Numbered from the stretch's first letter, positions 23,299 to 35,204 are shown. The stretch: DNA of 64,000 nt from Chloroflexota bacterium (GCA_016875635.1 VGPD01000002.1:13090-77089); one strand, 5' to 3'. Made by a program: numbers and translations. Notes: generated by a model not told the origin, from the letters alone.

Positions 23299-24912
23299 GT
23301 GACACCCGAGGAACTCGCCGCTCTGCCCGAGTACGTCCGCGCGCTGCTGCGCCCGGAGGCGTTTCCGCACCGGCCCTCCGAAGTTACGCTGGTGCAGACG
23401 CACCTCTCGTACGTCTTCCTGGCGGGCGACCTGGTCTACAAGACGAAGAAGCCGGTGGATTTCGGGTTCGTCCAGCAGCTGGACCTGGCGACACGGGAAC
23501 AATTCTGCCGCAACGAGGTCACGCTGAACCGCCGCCTCGCACCGGATGTCTACCTCGATGTCGTGGCGGTGGTGCGGCGTCCCGACGGCTCGATAGCCAC
23601 CGACGTCTCGCCGTCCGACGGTGAGGTCGTCGAGTGGGCGGTGAAGATGCGGCGGTTGCCGGAGGGGGCAACGCTGGATGTGCTGGTGCGCGAGGGGCGC
23701 GCGCCGTACGACATCGCCGGGCGGCTCGTCGCGCGCCTCGTCCCGTTCCACGATGCGGCGCGAAGTGCGACGCCCGACCCGGCGTTCGCCGGAGCGGCGG
23801 GCGTGCGTGCGTGGTGGACGCGTGAGTCCGGCGAGGCAGCGGGGTTCGTCGGCTCGACCTGGCGCGAGGACGATGCCGGCGCGTTGCGCGCGTTCGTCGC
23901 CGAGACGCTGGATCGAGAAGCGGCCGTCTTCGACGAGCGGCTCGCTGCGGGGCGGGTGGTCGAGGGCCATGGCGACCTGCAGGCGAAGCATGTGTACGTG
24001 CTGGGCCCGCGCGTCTCCGACATCGTGATCGTGGACTGCATCGAGTTCAGCGAGTGGTTCCAGTTCCGCTACCAGGACGTGGGGTACGACCTTGCGTTCC
24101 TCGCGATGGACCTGGAGGCGCAGGGCGACCGGACGCTCGCGGACGAACTGGTGGGTCGCTACCTCGCCTCTACGCAGGACGAGACGCTGCCGCTGCTCCA
24201 GCCGCTGCACCGCGCGTTCCGTGCCTTCGTCCGCGGCAAGGTGGAATCGATCGGCGCGCACGCGGCGGAGGTGCCGGCGGAGCAGCGCGCCGCCCTGGCC
24301 GATTCCGCAGCGCGCTACTTCCGCCTGGCCTCGTCGTACGCGGAACGGCGGGCGGCACCGTGTCTCGTCGTCCTCTGCGGCCCGTCCGGTACCGGGAAGT
24401 CGACGATCGGCGGCGCGCTTGCCTCGCGGATCGGGGCGGTGATGATCTCGTCGGACGCCGTGCGCAAAAGCCTTTCCGGGGTCGACCCGCACACGCGGGT
24501 GCCGGAGGCGTACCGCGCCGGCCTGTATTCGCTGGAAGTGACTCAACGGACGTACGAGGAGATGCGCCACCGGGCTGCGTCCCATCTGGCGGCGGGCCAC
24601 CCCGTGGTCCTGGACGCCACGCACAGCCGCACGGAGGACCGCGTCGCCGCTGTCGCCATCGCACGCTCCGCGGGCGTGCCGGTGCTCCTCGTGGCCCTCA
24701 CGCTGAGCGACGACGCGGCGCTGGCGCGGATCGAGCAGCGCCAGGCGGGGACGTTGACGACCTCGGACGCCACGCCCGAGGTATACCGGCGGCAGGTGGA
24801 GCAGTTCGAGCCGCCGCGGCCGTCCGAGGGGCAGCTACTGAACGTGGACGCGGCGGACGATGTCTTCGCCTTGGTGGAGCGAATTGCGGAAGGGCTTCCC
24901 GCCCGCCGCTGA
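23299..24912 (+). CDS. bifunctional aminoglycoside-phosphotransferase-like kinase / P-loop (AAA_33-type) ATP-binding protein
   Basis: APH-like N-terminal region (LVQTHLSYVFLAGDLVYKTKKP..., HGDLQAKHV). C-terminal LCGPSGTGKSTIG P-loop kinase domain. Confidence 0.55.
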   Translation: MTPEELAALPEYVRALLRPEAFPHRPSEVTLVQTHLSYVFLAGDLVYKTKKPVDFGFVQQLDLATREQFCRNEVTLNRRLAPDVYLDVVAVVRRPDGSIATDVSPSDGEVVEWAVKMRRLPEGATLDVLVREGRAPYDIAGRLVARLVPFHDAARSATPDPAFAGAAGVRAWWTRESGEAAGFVGSTWREDDAGALRAFVAETLDREAAVFDERLAAGRVVEGHGDLQAKHVYVLGPRVSDIVIVDCIEFSEWFQFRYQDVGYDLAFLAMDLEAQGDRTLADELVGRYLASTQDETLPLLQPLHRAFRAFVRGKVESIGAHAAEVPAEQRAALADSAARYFRLASSYAERRAAPCLVVLCGPSGTGKSTIGGALASRIGAVMISSDAVRKSLSGVDPHTRVPEAYRAGLYSLEVTQRTYEEMRHRAASHLAAGHPVVLDATHSRTEDRVAAVAIARSAGVPVLLVALTLSDDAALARIEQRQAGTLTTSDATPEVYRRQVEQFEPPRPSEGQLLNVDAADDVFALVERIAEGLPARR

Positions 24913-25043
24913 CGGGCAGGCCCCAGAGGAACCCCCAAACGTCCCGCCGCCGGAGGGACGTCCGACCTGACGGTCGTCGTCCTCGCTCGTTATCGTGGAG
25001 GTCGTCCGGCGCCTCCTGGCGGCGGGCGAGGCAGGAGGGCACG

Positions 25044-25274
25044 ATGAGCATGTTCCGCTGGGTGGGTCAGGGCATCGTGAGGCGGATCGGGGACGCCACC
25101 CGGATGCTTCCCTTTGCGCTCCCTGACCGGGCGCCAGGCGGTCCGATCAGGGTCGAGCCGACGCGTCGTGCCGGGCCGCCGTCCAGGCGCTCAACCGGTG
25201 ACCAGCCAGGGATGAAGCCGCAGCACCACGTTCACCCGTCCGATGACGAGGCCCGCCGCCAGGACAAGGGGTAA
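25044..25274 (+). CDS. small hypothetical protein (76 aa) with strong SD
   Basis: AGGAGGG 6 nt upstream of the ATG. It is the only ORF in a 430-bp intergenic region. No recognisable domain. Confidence 0.25.
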   Translation: MSMFRWVGQGIVRRIGDATRMLPFALPDRAPGGPIRVEPTRRAGPPSRRSTGDQPGMKPQHHVHPSDDEARRQDKG

Positions 25275-25342
25275 CCGGCCTCTCCCGGTGAGGGTTGCTG
25301 GTGGTGTAGCCTCGCGCCCGGCGTCCCTGTTAGACGCCGTGG

Positions 25343-26509
25343 GTGCGAGGAGCGTACGTGCCTGAGAGTCTGCCTCCCGACCTCGTCACTTTGCGTGATC
25401 GCGTCAGTGCGTTCATCGACGAGGATCTTCGCCCGATCGAGCAGGGCATTGCCCCAGACGCTCCTGCGCCCGCCGATGTCCGACAGCGTGTCCGTGCGCG
25501 TTCAAAGGAGATCGGTCTGTTTGGGATGACGCAGCCACGCGCGTTCGGTGGCAGCGAGGCGGGGCCGCTGGCGATGGTGGTCGCACGGGAAACACTGGCC
25601 GCTGGAAACAGCAGTCTGGCGCGTTACGTGTTTGGCCCTGGCCCCGGGATGCTGGCACGCGCGGAGGGGGACCTTCGCACTCGCTACCTCGAACCGGTGA
25701 TGCGTGGCGAGGCCCAGGGTGCGTTCGCCTTTACCGAACCGAGCGGGCCCGGCGCCTCCGACCGCGCGACGTGGGCGAAGCGTGACGGCGGCGCGTTCAT
25801 CGTCACCGGCCGCAAGGTGTTCGTCTCCGGTGGCGCGACGGCCGACTTCTACCAGGTGCTCGTGAATGTTGAAGAGGACGCATCCGGCCCCGGTGGTCCG
25901 GCGATGCTCTTCGTCGACCGCGGGACACCGGGCGTGACCATCGAGCGTTCGTTCGAGAGCATCGACGGTGGCGGGCACGTTGAGCTGCGCTTTAACGCGG
26001 CGCGGGTGCCTCAGTCGAATGTCCTGGGTGCGGTGGGCGAAGGCATCCCTCGCGCCATGGTGAACATCAACGAGGAGCGTGTGGAGTCCGCGGCATCCGC
26101 GTGCGGTATCGCGCTGTGGACGGTCGAGTACGTCACGCGACATATCACCCAGGGGCACCGCGCTGGCGGCCGCCTCGGCGACCGCGAAGGCGTGCGACTC
26201 CGTTACAGCGACCTGCGGATCGAGACGTACGCCGCGCGGGCGATGCTCTACCGGACGGCGCGCCTGCTCGATACGGGCGACGACGCGATCAACGAGGCGG
26301 CCGCCGCAAAGGTCTTCTGCACGGAGGTCGCTGGCCGCGTGGTGGACGGCGCGGTGCAACTGGTGGGCGGACAGGCGCTGATCGTGGGCCATCCCCTGGA
26401 GCGACTCTACCGTCGAGTACGCTCCATGCGCCTGGCCGGTGGTGCCAGCGACATCCTACGCCTGAACATCGCGCGGGGGGTCATCGAGTTCAACGCGGGA
26501 CGGCTGTAA
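25343..26509 (+). CDS. acyl-CoA dehydrogenase
   Basis: ACAD N-terminal, middle and C-terminal signatures (GAFAFTEPSGPGASD, C-terminal ...GGQALIVGHPLERLYRRVRSMRLAGGASDI). Confidence 0.8.
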   Translation: MRGAYVPESLPPDLVTLRDRVSAFIDEDLRPIEQGIAPDAPAPADVRQRVRARSKEIGLFGMTQPRAFGGSEAGPLAMVVARETLAAGNSSLARYVFGPGPGMLARAEGDLRTRYLEPVMRGEAQGAFAFTEPSGPGASDRATWAKRDGGAFIVTGRKVFVSGGATADFYQVLVNVEEDASGPGGPAMLFVDRGTPGVTIERSFESIDGGGHVELRFNAARVPQSNVLGAVGEGIPRAMVNINEERVESAASACGIALWTVEYVTRHITQGHRAGGRLGDREGVRLRYSDLRIETYAARAMLYRTARLLDTGDDAINEAAAAKVFCTEVAGRVVDGAVQLVGGQALIVGHPLERLYRRVRSMRLAGGASDILRLNIARGVIEFNAGRL

Positions 26510-26519
26510 CCGCCCGTGC

Positions 26520-27149
26520 GTGAGGGGGTTGAGGATGCCGGGACCGTGGCGCTACTGCCCGAACTGTTCGATGCCATTGACCATGAAGATGGAAGGCGGC
26601 CGTGAACGGATCGCCTGTGCCGACGAGGACTGTGGCTTCATCCACTTTGGGAACTTCTCCATCGGCTGCGCGGGCGTCGTGATCCGCGACGACAAGGCGT
26701 TGATCATCCAGCGTGGCATTGAGCCGTTCCGCGGGTCGTGGCAGATCCCCGGAGGGTACGTCGAGGCCGACGAGCCGATCCTCGAGGCCGTCGAACGCGA
26801 GGTCCGCGAAGAGTCCGGGGTGATCGCGAAGGTGCGCGACGTCGTCGGGTTCCGCCATTCCGTCGGAGGGTCCATCGGCGGCCCGGCAACGAATATCTAC
26901 CTCGTGTTCCGGCTTGACTACCTTTCCGGTGAGCCGTCGGATGCGGACTCCGAGGTGATGGGTGCTGGCTTCTTCACGCTGGAGGAGATGGAGCAGATCC
27001 CCGGCGTGCAGGGGCTCTCGAAGTGGGCGATCCTGAAGGCGATGGAGGCTGACACCAGTCCAGGCCTGGCCCCCGATCGTCTCGGCGGGCCGCAGCGTCC
27101 CGGCTTCTCCGTCTTCGGCCTCGGCGGGATGGGGTTCGAGCAGGCATAG
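26520..27149 (+). CDS. NUDIX hydrolase with N-terminal zinc ribbon (NudC-like)
   Basis: CPNC...C..C followed by Nudix box GGYVEADEPILEAVEREVREESG. Confidence 0.6.
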   Translation: MRGLRMPGPWRYCPNCSMPLTMKMEGGRERIACADEDCGFIHFGNFSIGCAGVVIRDDKALIIQRGIEPFRGSWQIPGGYVEADEPILEAVEREVREESGVIAKVRDVVGFRHSVGGSIGGPATNIYLVFRLDYLSGEPSDADSEVMGAGFFTLEEMEQIPGVQGLSKWAILKAMEADTSPGLAPDRLGGPQRPGFSVFGLGGMGFEQA

Positions 27150-27153
27150 CGGG

Positions 27154-27531
27154 GTGGGGGCAACGATGGCTGGCACGACACCGAGCGAGACGCTGAAGGC
27201 ATGGGCGCGCGCGAACGTCGCCGCCGACATGGCGACGTGGGGGACGCTCGTGACCGACGGGTTTACCTACGTCCACAGCAACTCAAACTTCGAGACGAAG
27301 CAGCAGGTGATTGATGCGTTCGCCGCCGGACGCCGTTATCACGGCTGGGACATCGGGGAGATGGAAGAGCGAGCGTACGCGGGCTGCACGATCCTCACCG
27401 GGACTGCCGCGCTCACCGTGGGGCGGGTGGATGCGCCGAGCGTCCTCAACATCCGGTTCACCTCGACGGCGGTTCCGGACGGCAGCGGCTGGCGCCTGGC
27501 GGCGCTCCAGACGACGCGGCTGCCGGACTAA
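27154..27531 (+). CDS. NTF2-like (DUF4440/SnoaL-like) small protein
   Basis: Size and conserved W/Y/D positions of the NTF2 fold. Weak call. Confidence 0.4.
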   Translation: MGATMAGTTPSETLKAWARANVAADMATWGTLVTDGFTYVHSNSNFETKQQVIDAFAAGRRYHGWDIGEMEERAYAGCTILTGTAALTVGRVDAPSVLNIRFTSTAVPDGSGWRLAALQTTRLPD

Positions 27532-27540
27532 GCGCGAGGA

Positions 27541-28092
27541 CTAGACCTCGTTGCGCATGTAGGCGGTCGCGAGCGAGTCGGCGTACTCGTTCCAGAGCGA
27601 GCCGTCGTGCGCCTTGATCCACTGGAGCCGCACGAGCGGACGTTCCCGTACGAGACGCCACGCCTCCTGCACCATCTCGAGGTTCTTCACTTCCCCGTCA
27701 CGGCGCTTCCAGCCGTTGCGTTCCCAGCCGGCAGCCCACTGCGTGAGCGTGTTCACGACGAGCTGTGAGTCCGTGTACACGTCCATCGGCTCCTCCGGCC
27801 CGAGCATGTTGAGGGCGACGATCATCGCCGTGAACTCCATGCGGTTGTTCGTCGTGTGCGGCTCGTGCCCGTGGTCCTGTGCCAGGATGTCGCCGTCCAT
27901 CACGTAGACGACGCCCCAGCCTCCCGGCCCCGGGTTGCCCGAACAGGAGCCGTCTGTGAACACACCTGTCCGGGGTCCAGCGGTGTAGCGGTCGAGCACC
28001 TGGGCGACGGTCAGCGTGGTGGCGGGCGGCCCGTTGCGCCGCCCGCCGCCACTGCCTCGATAGGATGCCGGGCGGCCGCCATATCTAATCAA
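27541..28092 (-). CDS. rnhA: ribonuclease HI
   Basis: FTDGSCSGNPGPGGWGVV...TNNRMEFTAMIVAL...YTDSQLVV...WIKAHDGSLWNEYADSLA. Has an RG-rich ~35-aa N-terminal extension, so the start is uncertain. Confidence 0.85.
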   Translation of the reverse strand: MIRYGGRPASYRGSGGGRRNGPPATTLTVAQVLDRYTAGPRTGVFTDGSCSGNPGPGGWGVVYVMDGDILAQDHGHEPHTTNNRMEFTAMIVALNMLGPEEPMDVYTDSQLVVNTLTQWAAGWERNGWKRRDGEVKNLEMVQEAWRLVRERPLVRLQWIKAHDGSLWNEYADSLATAYMRNEV

Positions 28093-29698
28093 GCGAGACG
28101 CCGTTGTAGAGCATTTCAGGGTCGCCCTCGAAGACGTCGCTCCGGAGGTCGGCGACCACGACGATGGGTCGATCCGAGACGATGACGACGCTCCCCACCC
28201 AGTTGTCCGGCAATGAGCGCTCGTCCCGCGGATGGAACGTGCGTGAACCCTCCACCGGGACGGAGGTGTCCGGGAACAGCCCGCGGGGGAACTGCTTCGA
28301 GTAGTAGACGATGTAGGCGTAGGTCGTGGAACCGTCGAACGAGGCGACCCGGAACGATGAGTTCCAGCCGCTGCGCCCCCCGAACGGGCCGTAGTTCTTG
28401 TTGATCACCGGCAGGACCACCTGGCGCGACGACTCCGATGGGGTGAAGCCCCGGTAGTCGGAGAGCGAACCAGTCGACGAGAGACGCTGGACGATGACGG
28501 TGATCGGCTCGACCGACTGGATGCGGACGCTCCCCGTGAACGACGAGGGCAGCGCGCGGTCCGCCGGGAGACATCCGAGGGTCGTGGGCTGCGACTGGTC
28601 GCAGGTCATCGAGCCGAAGACGGTCACCTTGCTTTCGATGGAGATCTGCGCGCCGCTGCCATCTCGCCCCTCAAAGCGGAGGGTGACCTCGTTCGGTGCG
28701 CCGGGCGTGGCACTGAACATGCGGAATCGAGTCGTGTACGAGGCACCGGCCTCGGACGTCGCCCGGTCGACCATCGGCAGGAGCACCACGCGGCTTGCCT
28801 CGTCGGAGGACAGTGCGCGGTACGTCGATAGACCGGCACGGACGCGGTCGCGCGTGTCCACCGCGACCGAGAGCTGCTGGATGCCGGCCGCCACGCCGCC
28901 CGAGGCCGGCTGCGTGCGGACGATGGCGGCCCCATCGAACCCGAACGGCGCGGCCATCGATGTCTCGTCGCGCAGCATCGAGGCTCGCGGCGCGAGGTAT
29001 TCGCCGCCGCTGGGACAGTTGCTGGTGGAGCTCGTGGGGTCGGTCGCGGCGGGAGAGAGGCTGCCGACGGCGTAGTACATGATCTGGACGCAGGCCGGAG
29101 TGTCCTTGCTCGTGTTCTCGATCGAAATGCGCGAGACCAGCGAGGCGGTGTTCGTGACCCAGGGCAGGTAGTGGCGGTCCGCGCCGGAGCCGAGGCGCAG
29201 CGAGTCACCGCCCAGTTGCAGCGTGCCGTCCGGCCGGATCAGGTCGCGCGCCAGCATCGCGACGAACGGTTGATCGCCGACCAGGTAGCCGGAACCGCGG
29301 TACCCCCTGGGGAGGGCGTCGAGGGTCTGCTGGAAGAAGGAGCGGCCAGAGCCGGGGGAGATGGCGTCGCAGACGCCGGCCTTCGGACAGCCATCCTTCG
29401 CGGCCTGCGTCCCGTTCGGCTGATAGAAGGTGAGGTCGAGCGTGACCGGCTGCGTGCCGACGTTCTGGACGCGTAGCCAGGAGTTCTCCTCGGCCAGTCG
29501 CGCCTGCTGTGCGACACCCCGGTCCGGTGCGAGGGCGGCGACCGCGAGGGCGGCGACCAGCACCAGCGCAGTGGCGGCACGTCGGACGGTTATCGGGCGC
29601 AAGGGGCGAAGCAGCACGCGCGTCAGCCCTCGGCGCAGCAGCACCGGCACAGTGGCTTGCCTTCCCTCCCCCGCCGAAGATCGATGATAACCGTGCAT
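28085..29698 (-). CDS. secreted/membrane-anchored protein with 3-4 internal repeats of a ~130-aa beta-rich module, unknown function
   Basis: N-terminal hydrophobic anchor (AATALVLVAALAVAALAP). Recurring motif blocks LRVQNVGTQPVTLDLTFYQPNG, SRISIENTSKDTPACVQIMYY, VRIQSVEPITVIVQRL and SVVIVSDRPIVVVADLRS. Confidence 0.45.
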   Translation of the reverse strand: MHGYHRSSAGEGRQATVPVLLRRGLTRVLLRPLRPITVRRAATALVLVAALAVAALAPDRGVAQQARLAEENSWLRVQNVGTQPVTLDLTFYQPNGTQAAKDGCPKAGVCDAISPGSGRSFFQQTLDALPRGYRGSGYLVGDQPFVAMLARDLIRPDGTLQLGGDSLRLGSGADRHYLPWVTNTASLVSRISIENTSKDTPACVQIMYYAVGSLSPAATDPTSSTSNCPSGGEYLAPRASMLRDETSMAAPFGFDGAAIVRTQPASGGVAAGIQQLSVAVDTRDRVRAGLSTYRALSSDEASRVVLLPMVDRATSEAGASYTTRFRMFSATPGAPNEVTLRFEGRDGSGAQISIESKVTVFGSMTCDQSQPTTLGCLPADRALPSSFTGSVRIQSVEPITVIVQRLSSTGSLSDYRGFTPSESSRQVVLPVINKNYGPFGGRSGWNSSFRVASFDGSTTYAYIVYYSKQFPRGLFPDTSVPVEGSRTFHPRDERSLPDNWVGSVVIVSDRPIVVVADLRSDVFEGDPEMLYNGVSLD

Positions 29699-29820
29699 CC
29701 GGATTCGCGGCGACGTGGGCGGCGCTCTCCCGCAACCCCGGAGTCGCTCCTCGCGCTTGCGGGGAGGGCGGTGCTACCCTCGCCCTCCGGGCCAGCCGAG
29801 GTCGCCTCGCCGCCTGTCCT

Positions 29821-29897
29821 CGGGGTGTAGCTCAGCTTGGCAGAGCGCTTCGTTCGGGACGAAGAGGTCCCCGGTTCAAATCCGGGCACCCCGACCA
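29821..29897 (+). tRNA. tRNA-Pro (anticodon CGG)
   Basis: Cloverleaf folded by hand: acceptor CGGGGTG/CACCCCG, D-arm GCTC..GAGC, anticodon stem CTTCG/CGAAG with loop TTCGGGA, T-arm CCCGG-TTCAAAT-CCGGG, discriminator A, CCA. Confidence 0.85.
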
Positions 29898-29958
29898 TCA
29901 CTTCCCGCCTCCTGTCGATCCGAATCCAGTAGCCCCCGCCTCGGGGTACCATGCCCGT

Positions 29959-31176
29959 ATGCCTGACGCTCTGCGGCCCCGCATTCTCATTACCCGCTCC
30001 GATGATTCCGAGGAGCGCTGGGAGAACTACGCCGACCGCGTCCGAGCCGCCGGAGGCGAGCCGATCCCCTTCGATGTCGCGCTCTATCAGCGTGGCGACG
30101 TGTCCCCTGCCCACGACGGGCTCGTCCTGACGGGTGGCGCCGATGTCGACCCCGCGCGGTACGGGGAGCCGCCCCACGAGCGGCTGGGCGACCTCGTTCC
30201 CGCCCGCGACGAGGCCGAGTTCACGCTCGTACGGGCGGCGCTCGCGGATGGGCGTCCGCTGCTGGCGATCTGCCGCGGGATGCAGGTGATGAATGTCGCC
30301 TCGGGTGGCTCCCTCCACCAGCACCTCGATGAACGAGAGCCGCACCGGAGCCGCCGCGGGGCTGACGGCGTGACCATCGATTCCGGCTGGCATGGCGTCG
30401 AGGTGGTCGGCGGCACGCTGCTGTCACGCGTCACGAAGGCGGCTCACCTGCGCGTGAACTCGCGCCACCATCAGGCGGTGACGCGTGCGCGCCTCGCGCC
30501 GGGCCTCGTCGCCTCCGGTATGACCTCGGAAGGTGGCTTCGAGGTGGTGGAGGCGATCGAGGCGCCACATCATCCGTTTGCGCTGGGCGTGCAGTGGCAC
30601 CCGGAGCGCTCGGATATGGCGGCGACCCCGGCGCTGCGCGCCGGCTCAGGGGCGCTGTTCGAGTCGTTTCTGAACGCCTGTGCCGCAGGCCGCGCGACGC
30701 CCGAGTCCCCGTTTCTCTACTTCGGCTATGGGTCGAGCATGGACGCTGACCGGATGCGTCAGACGGCGCCGCACGCGCGCCTCATCGGTCCCGCCCGGCT
30801 CGCTGACCACGCCCTCGCGTTCTCGATCGAGTCGAAGAACACCTGGCACGGCGGGGTGGCGGACATCTTGCCCTCGCCCGGGGACGAGGTCTGGGGCGCC
30901 CTGTGGGTGCTGTCCCCGGAGGAGTCGCAGGCGCTCGACGAGCACGAGGGGGTGTTCCGAGAGCCCTCCGCCTACCGCCGGGTGACGGTGGAGGTGACGA
31001 CGCCTGCCGGCGACCATGTGCGCTGTCGCTCGTACCAGGTCGTCGCACCGGATCCCCGGACGCCGCTCCCCTCGAAAGCGTTTAAGGAGACGTTGCTCCG
31101 GGGGGCGCGGACGGTAGGCCTTCCTGCCGCCTATGTCGCCCGTCTGGCGGCGCTCCCGGACAACGGGCGGGCGTAA
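29959..31176 (+). CDS. fusion of class-I glutamine amidotransferase-like gamma-glutamyl hydrolase (PuuD/peptidase C26) and gamma-glutamyl cyclotransferase (GGCT/AIG2-like) domains
   Basis: N-terminal LAICRGMQVMNVASGGSL...VNSRHHQAV...GVQWHPE. C-terminal FLYFGYGSSMDADRM...GALWVLSPEESQALDEHEG...YRRVTVEV. The track ORF start (29509) runs through the tRNA and was trimmed to ATG 29959. Confidence 0.6.
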   Translation: MPDALRPRILITRSDDSEERWENYADRVRAAGGEPIPFDVALYQRGDVSPAHDGLVLTGGADVDPARYGEPPHERLGDLVPARDEAEFTLVRAALADGRPLLAICRGMQVMNVASGGSLHQHLDEREPHRSRRGADGVTIDSGWHGVEVVGGTLLSRVTKAAHLRVNSRHHQAVTRARLAPGLVASGMTSEGGFEVVEAIEAPHHPFALGVQWHPERSDMAATPALRAGSGALFESFLNACAAGRATPESPFLYFGYGSSMDADRMRQTAPHARLIGPARLADHALAFSIESKNTWHGGVADILPSPGDEVWGALWVLSPEESQALDEHEGVFREPSAYRRVTVEVTTPAGDHVRCRSYQVVAPDPRTPLPSKAFKETLLRGARTVGLPAAYVARLAALPDNGRA

Positions 31177-31272
31177 ACTCTCCGACCGAACGTTTCGACA
31201 TCCGTGACGTTAGAATCGCCAAGCACCGGCGGCAGTGCGACAGAGATGGCATCGCATGGCACGTAGCTCATC

Positions 31273-31635
31273 ATGAACCCTCGTTTGGCACGCGTGTTGG
31301 CAGCTGCTTCGGCTGCCGTCCTTGGTCTGGCCCTTACCGCTCCTGTTATGGCCGCCCTCGATCCACGCGGCGGTGCGCTTCTGGACGGGGCTTTCCAGCA
31401 GGCAACTTCCACACCCACACCGACCGCCTCTCCCGGCCGGGGCCCGGACGGACGCGGGCCCGAGAACGCCCCGGGCCGCCAGTCCGCGACACCGACGGGG
31501 AGCGCGACCCCGACGACCGGACGTGACCGTGCGAAGACGCCACCCACGCTGCCCCCCAATGCTTCGGAGCGCGCCCGCACCGTGGTACAGGCGGTCTTTG
31601 AGCGCAACCAGCAGGTACGCGATCTGTTTGCCTAG
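31273..31635 (+). CDS. small secreted Thr/Pro-rich protein (signal peptide)
   Basis: MNPRLARVLAAASAAVLGLALTAPVMAA signal peptide, then low-complexity TPTPT tracts. It ends at a TAG immediately followed by an ATG. Confidence 0.3.
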   Translation: MNPRLARVLAAASAAVLGLALTAPVMAALDPRGGALLDGAFQQATSTPTPTASPGRGPDGRGPENAPGRQSATPTGSATPTTGRDRAKTPPTLPPNASERARTVVQAVFERNQQVRDLFA

Positions 31636-31914
31636 ATGCGCGCCGCCCGCGGCCTCCCGCCCGTCGGAGCGGACGAGGACGTGACGGACGAGTTCGCGAG
31701 GAATGCGAAGCAAAAGCGCACCGGCGACACCGTCGTTGACCCCAAGGCGCTGACTGCGGAACAGCGAGAGCAGTTCCAGACGCAATTGCGCGCCATCATG
31801 GCAGCCTTCGCCGAGACCTTGCGCCAGTCCGCCGGCACGACGGCAGACGGGGCGGCCACGCCGACTCCGACGCCCACGACGACCGTTTCACCGACGGCGA
31901 CGCCGACGCCGTAA
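31636..31914 (+). CDS. small Thr/Pro-rich ORF, possibly the continuation of the previous ORF
   Basis: Same composition (TPTPTPTTTVSPTATPTP). Starts 0 nt after the TAG of the previous ORF. Confidence 0.25.
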   Translation: MRAARGLPPVGADEDVTDEFARNAKQKRTGDTVVDPKALTAEQREQFQTQLRAIMAAFAETLRQSAGTTADGAATPTPTPTTTVSPTATPTP

Positions 31915-31924
31915 GGGGGCCCTC

Positions 31925-32413
31925 ATGCGCCGTCATCTGCTCGTTTCCGCAGTGCTGATCGCTTCGCTTAATTCGGCCTGCGGGTCGGACGATTCTCCGG
32001 CGAAATCCACCGCGACCGCGGCCCCCGCAGCCTCGTCCGCCACGGCGGCCAGCGGCGGGACATACGCTGCCGACGCGCGCATCCTTCTGGGCGATCTCGC
32101 TGTTGCGCAGCGCGGGCTCGCTGACGCCATTGCCGGTGGTGCGCCCCTGTCGGACGCCTGGAAACAGGCGGTCACGGCCCGTGTGTCGGCGTTCGGGGAT
32201 ATCGAGGCACGGGCGCAGAAGCTGACGCCACCGCCGGGCCAGCAGGCCGCGCAGGCCCAATTGCTCCTGGCCATCCGGCGCTCTCGCGAGGCCGCGGACA
32301 CCATTGCCACGGCCGTCGCCGAGGGCAACGTCTCGATGCTGGAGCGGGCGAACGCGATCCTGGCGGACGCGGCGTTCCAGACGGCGGCGGCAGTTGCCGC
32401 CATGCCTCGGTAG
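31925..32413 (+). CDS. putative lipoprotein
   Basis: Signal peptide with lipobox LNSAC, followed by an Ala-rich helical region. Confidence 0.4.
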   Translation: MRRHLLVSAVLIASLNSACGSDDSPAKSTATAAPAASSATAASGGTYAADARILLGDLAVAQRGLADAIAGGAPLSDAWKQAVTARVSAFGDIEARAQKLTPPPGQQAAQAQLLLAIRRSREAADTIATAVAEGNVSMLERANAILADAAFQTAAAVAAMPR

Positions 32414-32603
32414 GACGGCAACTACCGCCCTCAGAGGTGCTCCGAATCGCGGGCTTCGTCTCCGGATGAGGCTGTTCTTCGATTGGGAGGGGACCGATCG
32501 GGTGCCCTCAACGGGTCGTTCGGAAAGCCTGTCGCTGGTAGAATCTGAGGCCTAACAACCCCTCCGCACGACTCCCCCGTCGGACCCCCGCGAAGGGCGC
32601 CTT

Positions 32604-35168
<2,565 letters not shown>

Positions 35169-35204
35169 TCCCGCGTACAGTCGCCGCAGACGGGCGGTAG
35201 CGAC

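Noticed and set aside
29509-29958. ORF-track N-terminal extension of the GATase-GGCT gene
   Set aside because: It runs through the tRNA-Pro gene. It was trimmed to ATG 29959.
32414-32603. Promoter call for gyrA (TAGAAT at 32539-32544 with weak -35 GTCGTT)
   Set aside because: The -35 match is poor and spacing is ambiguous, so it is too weak to list as a feature.
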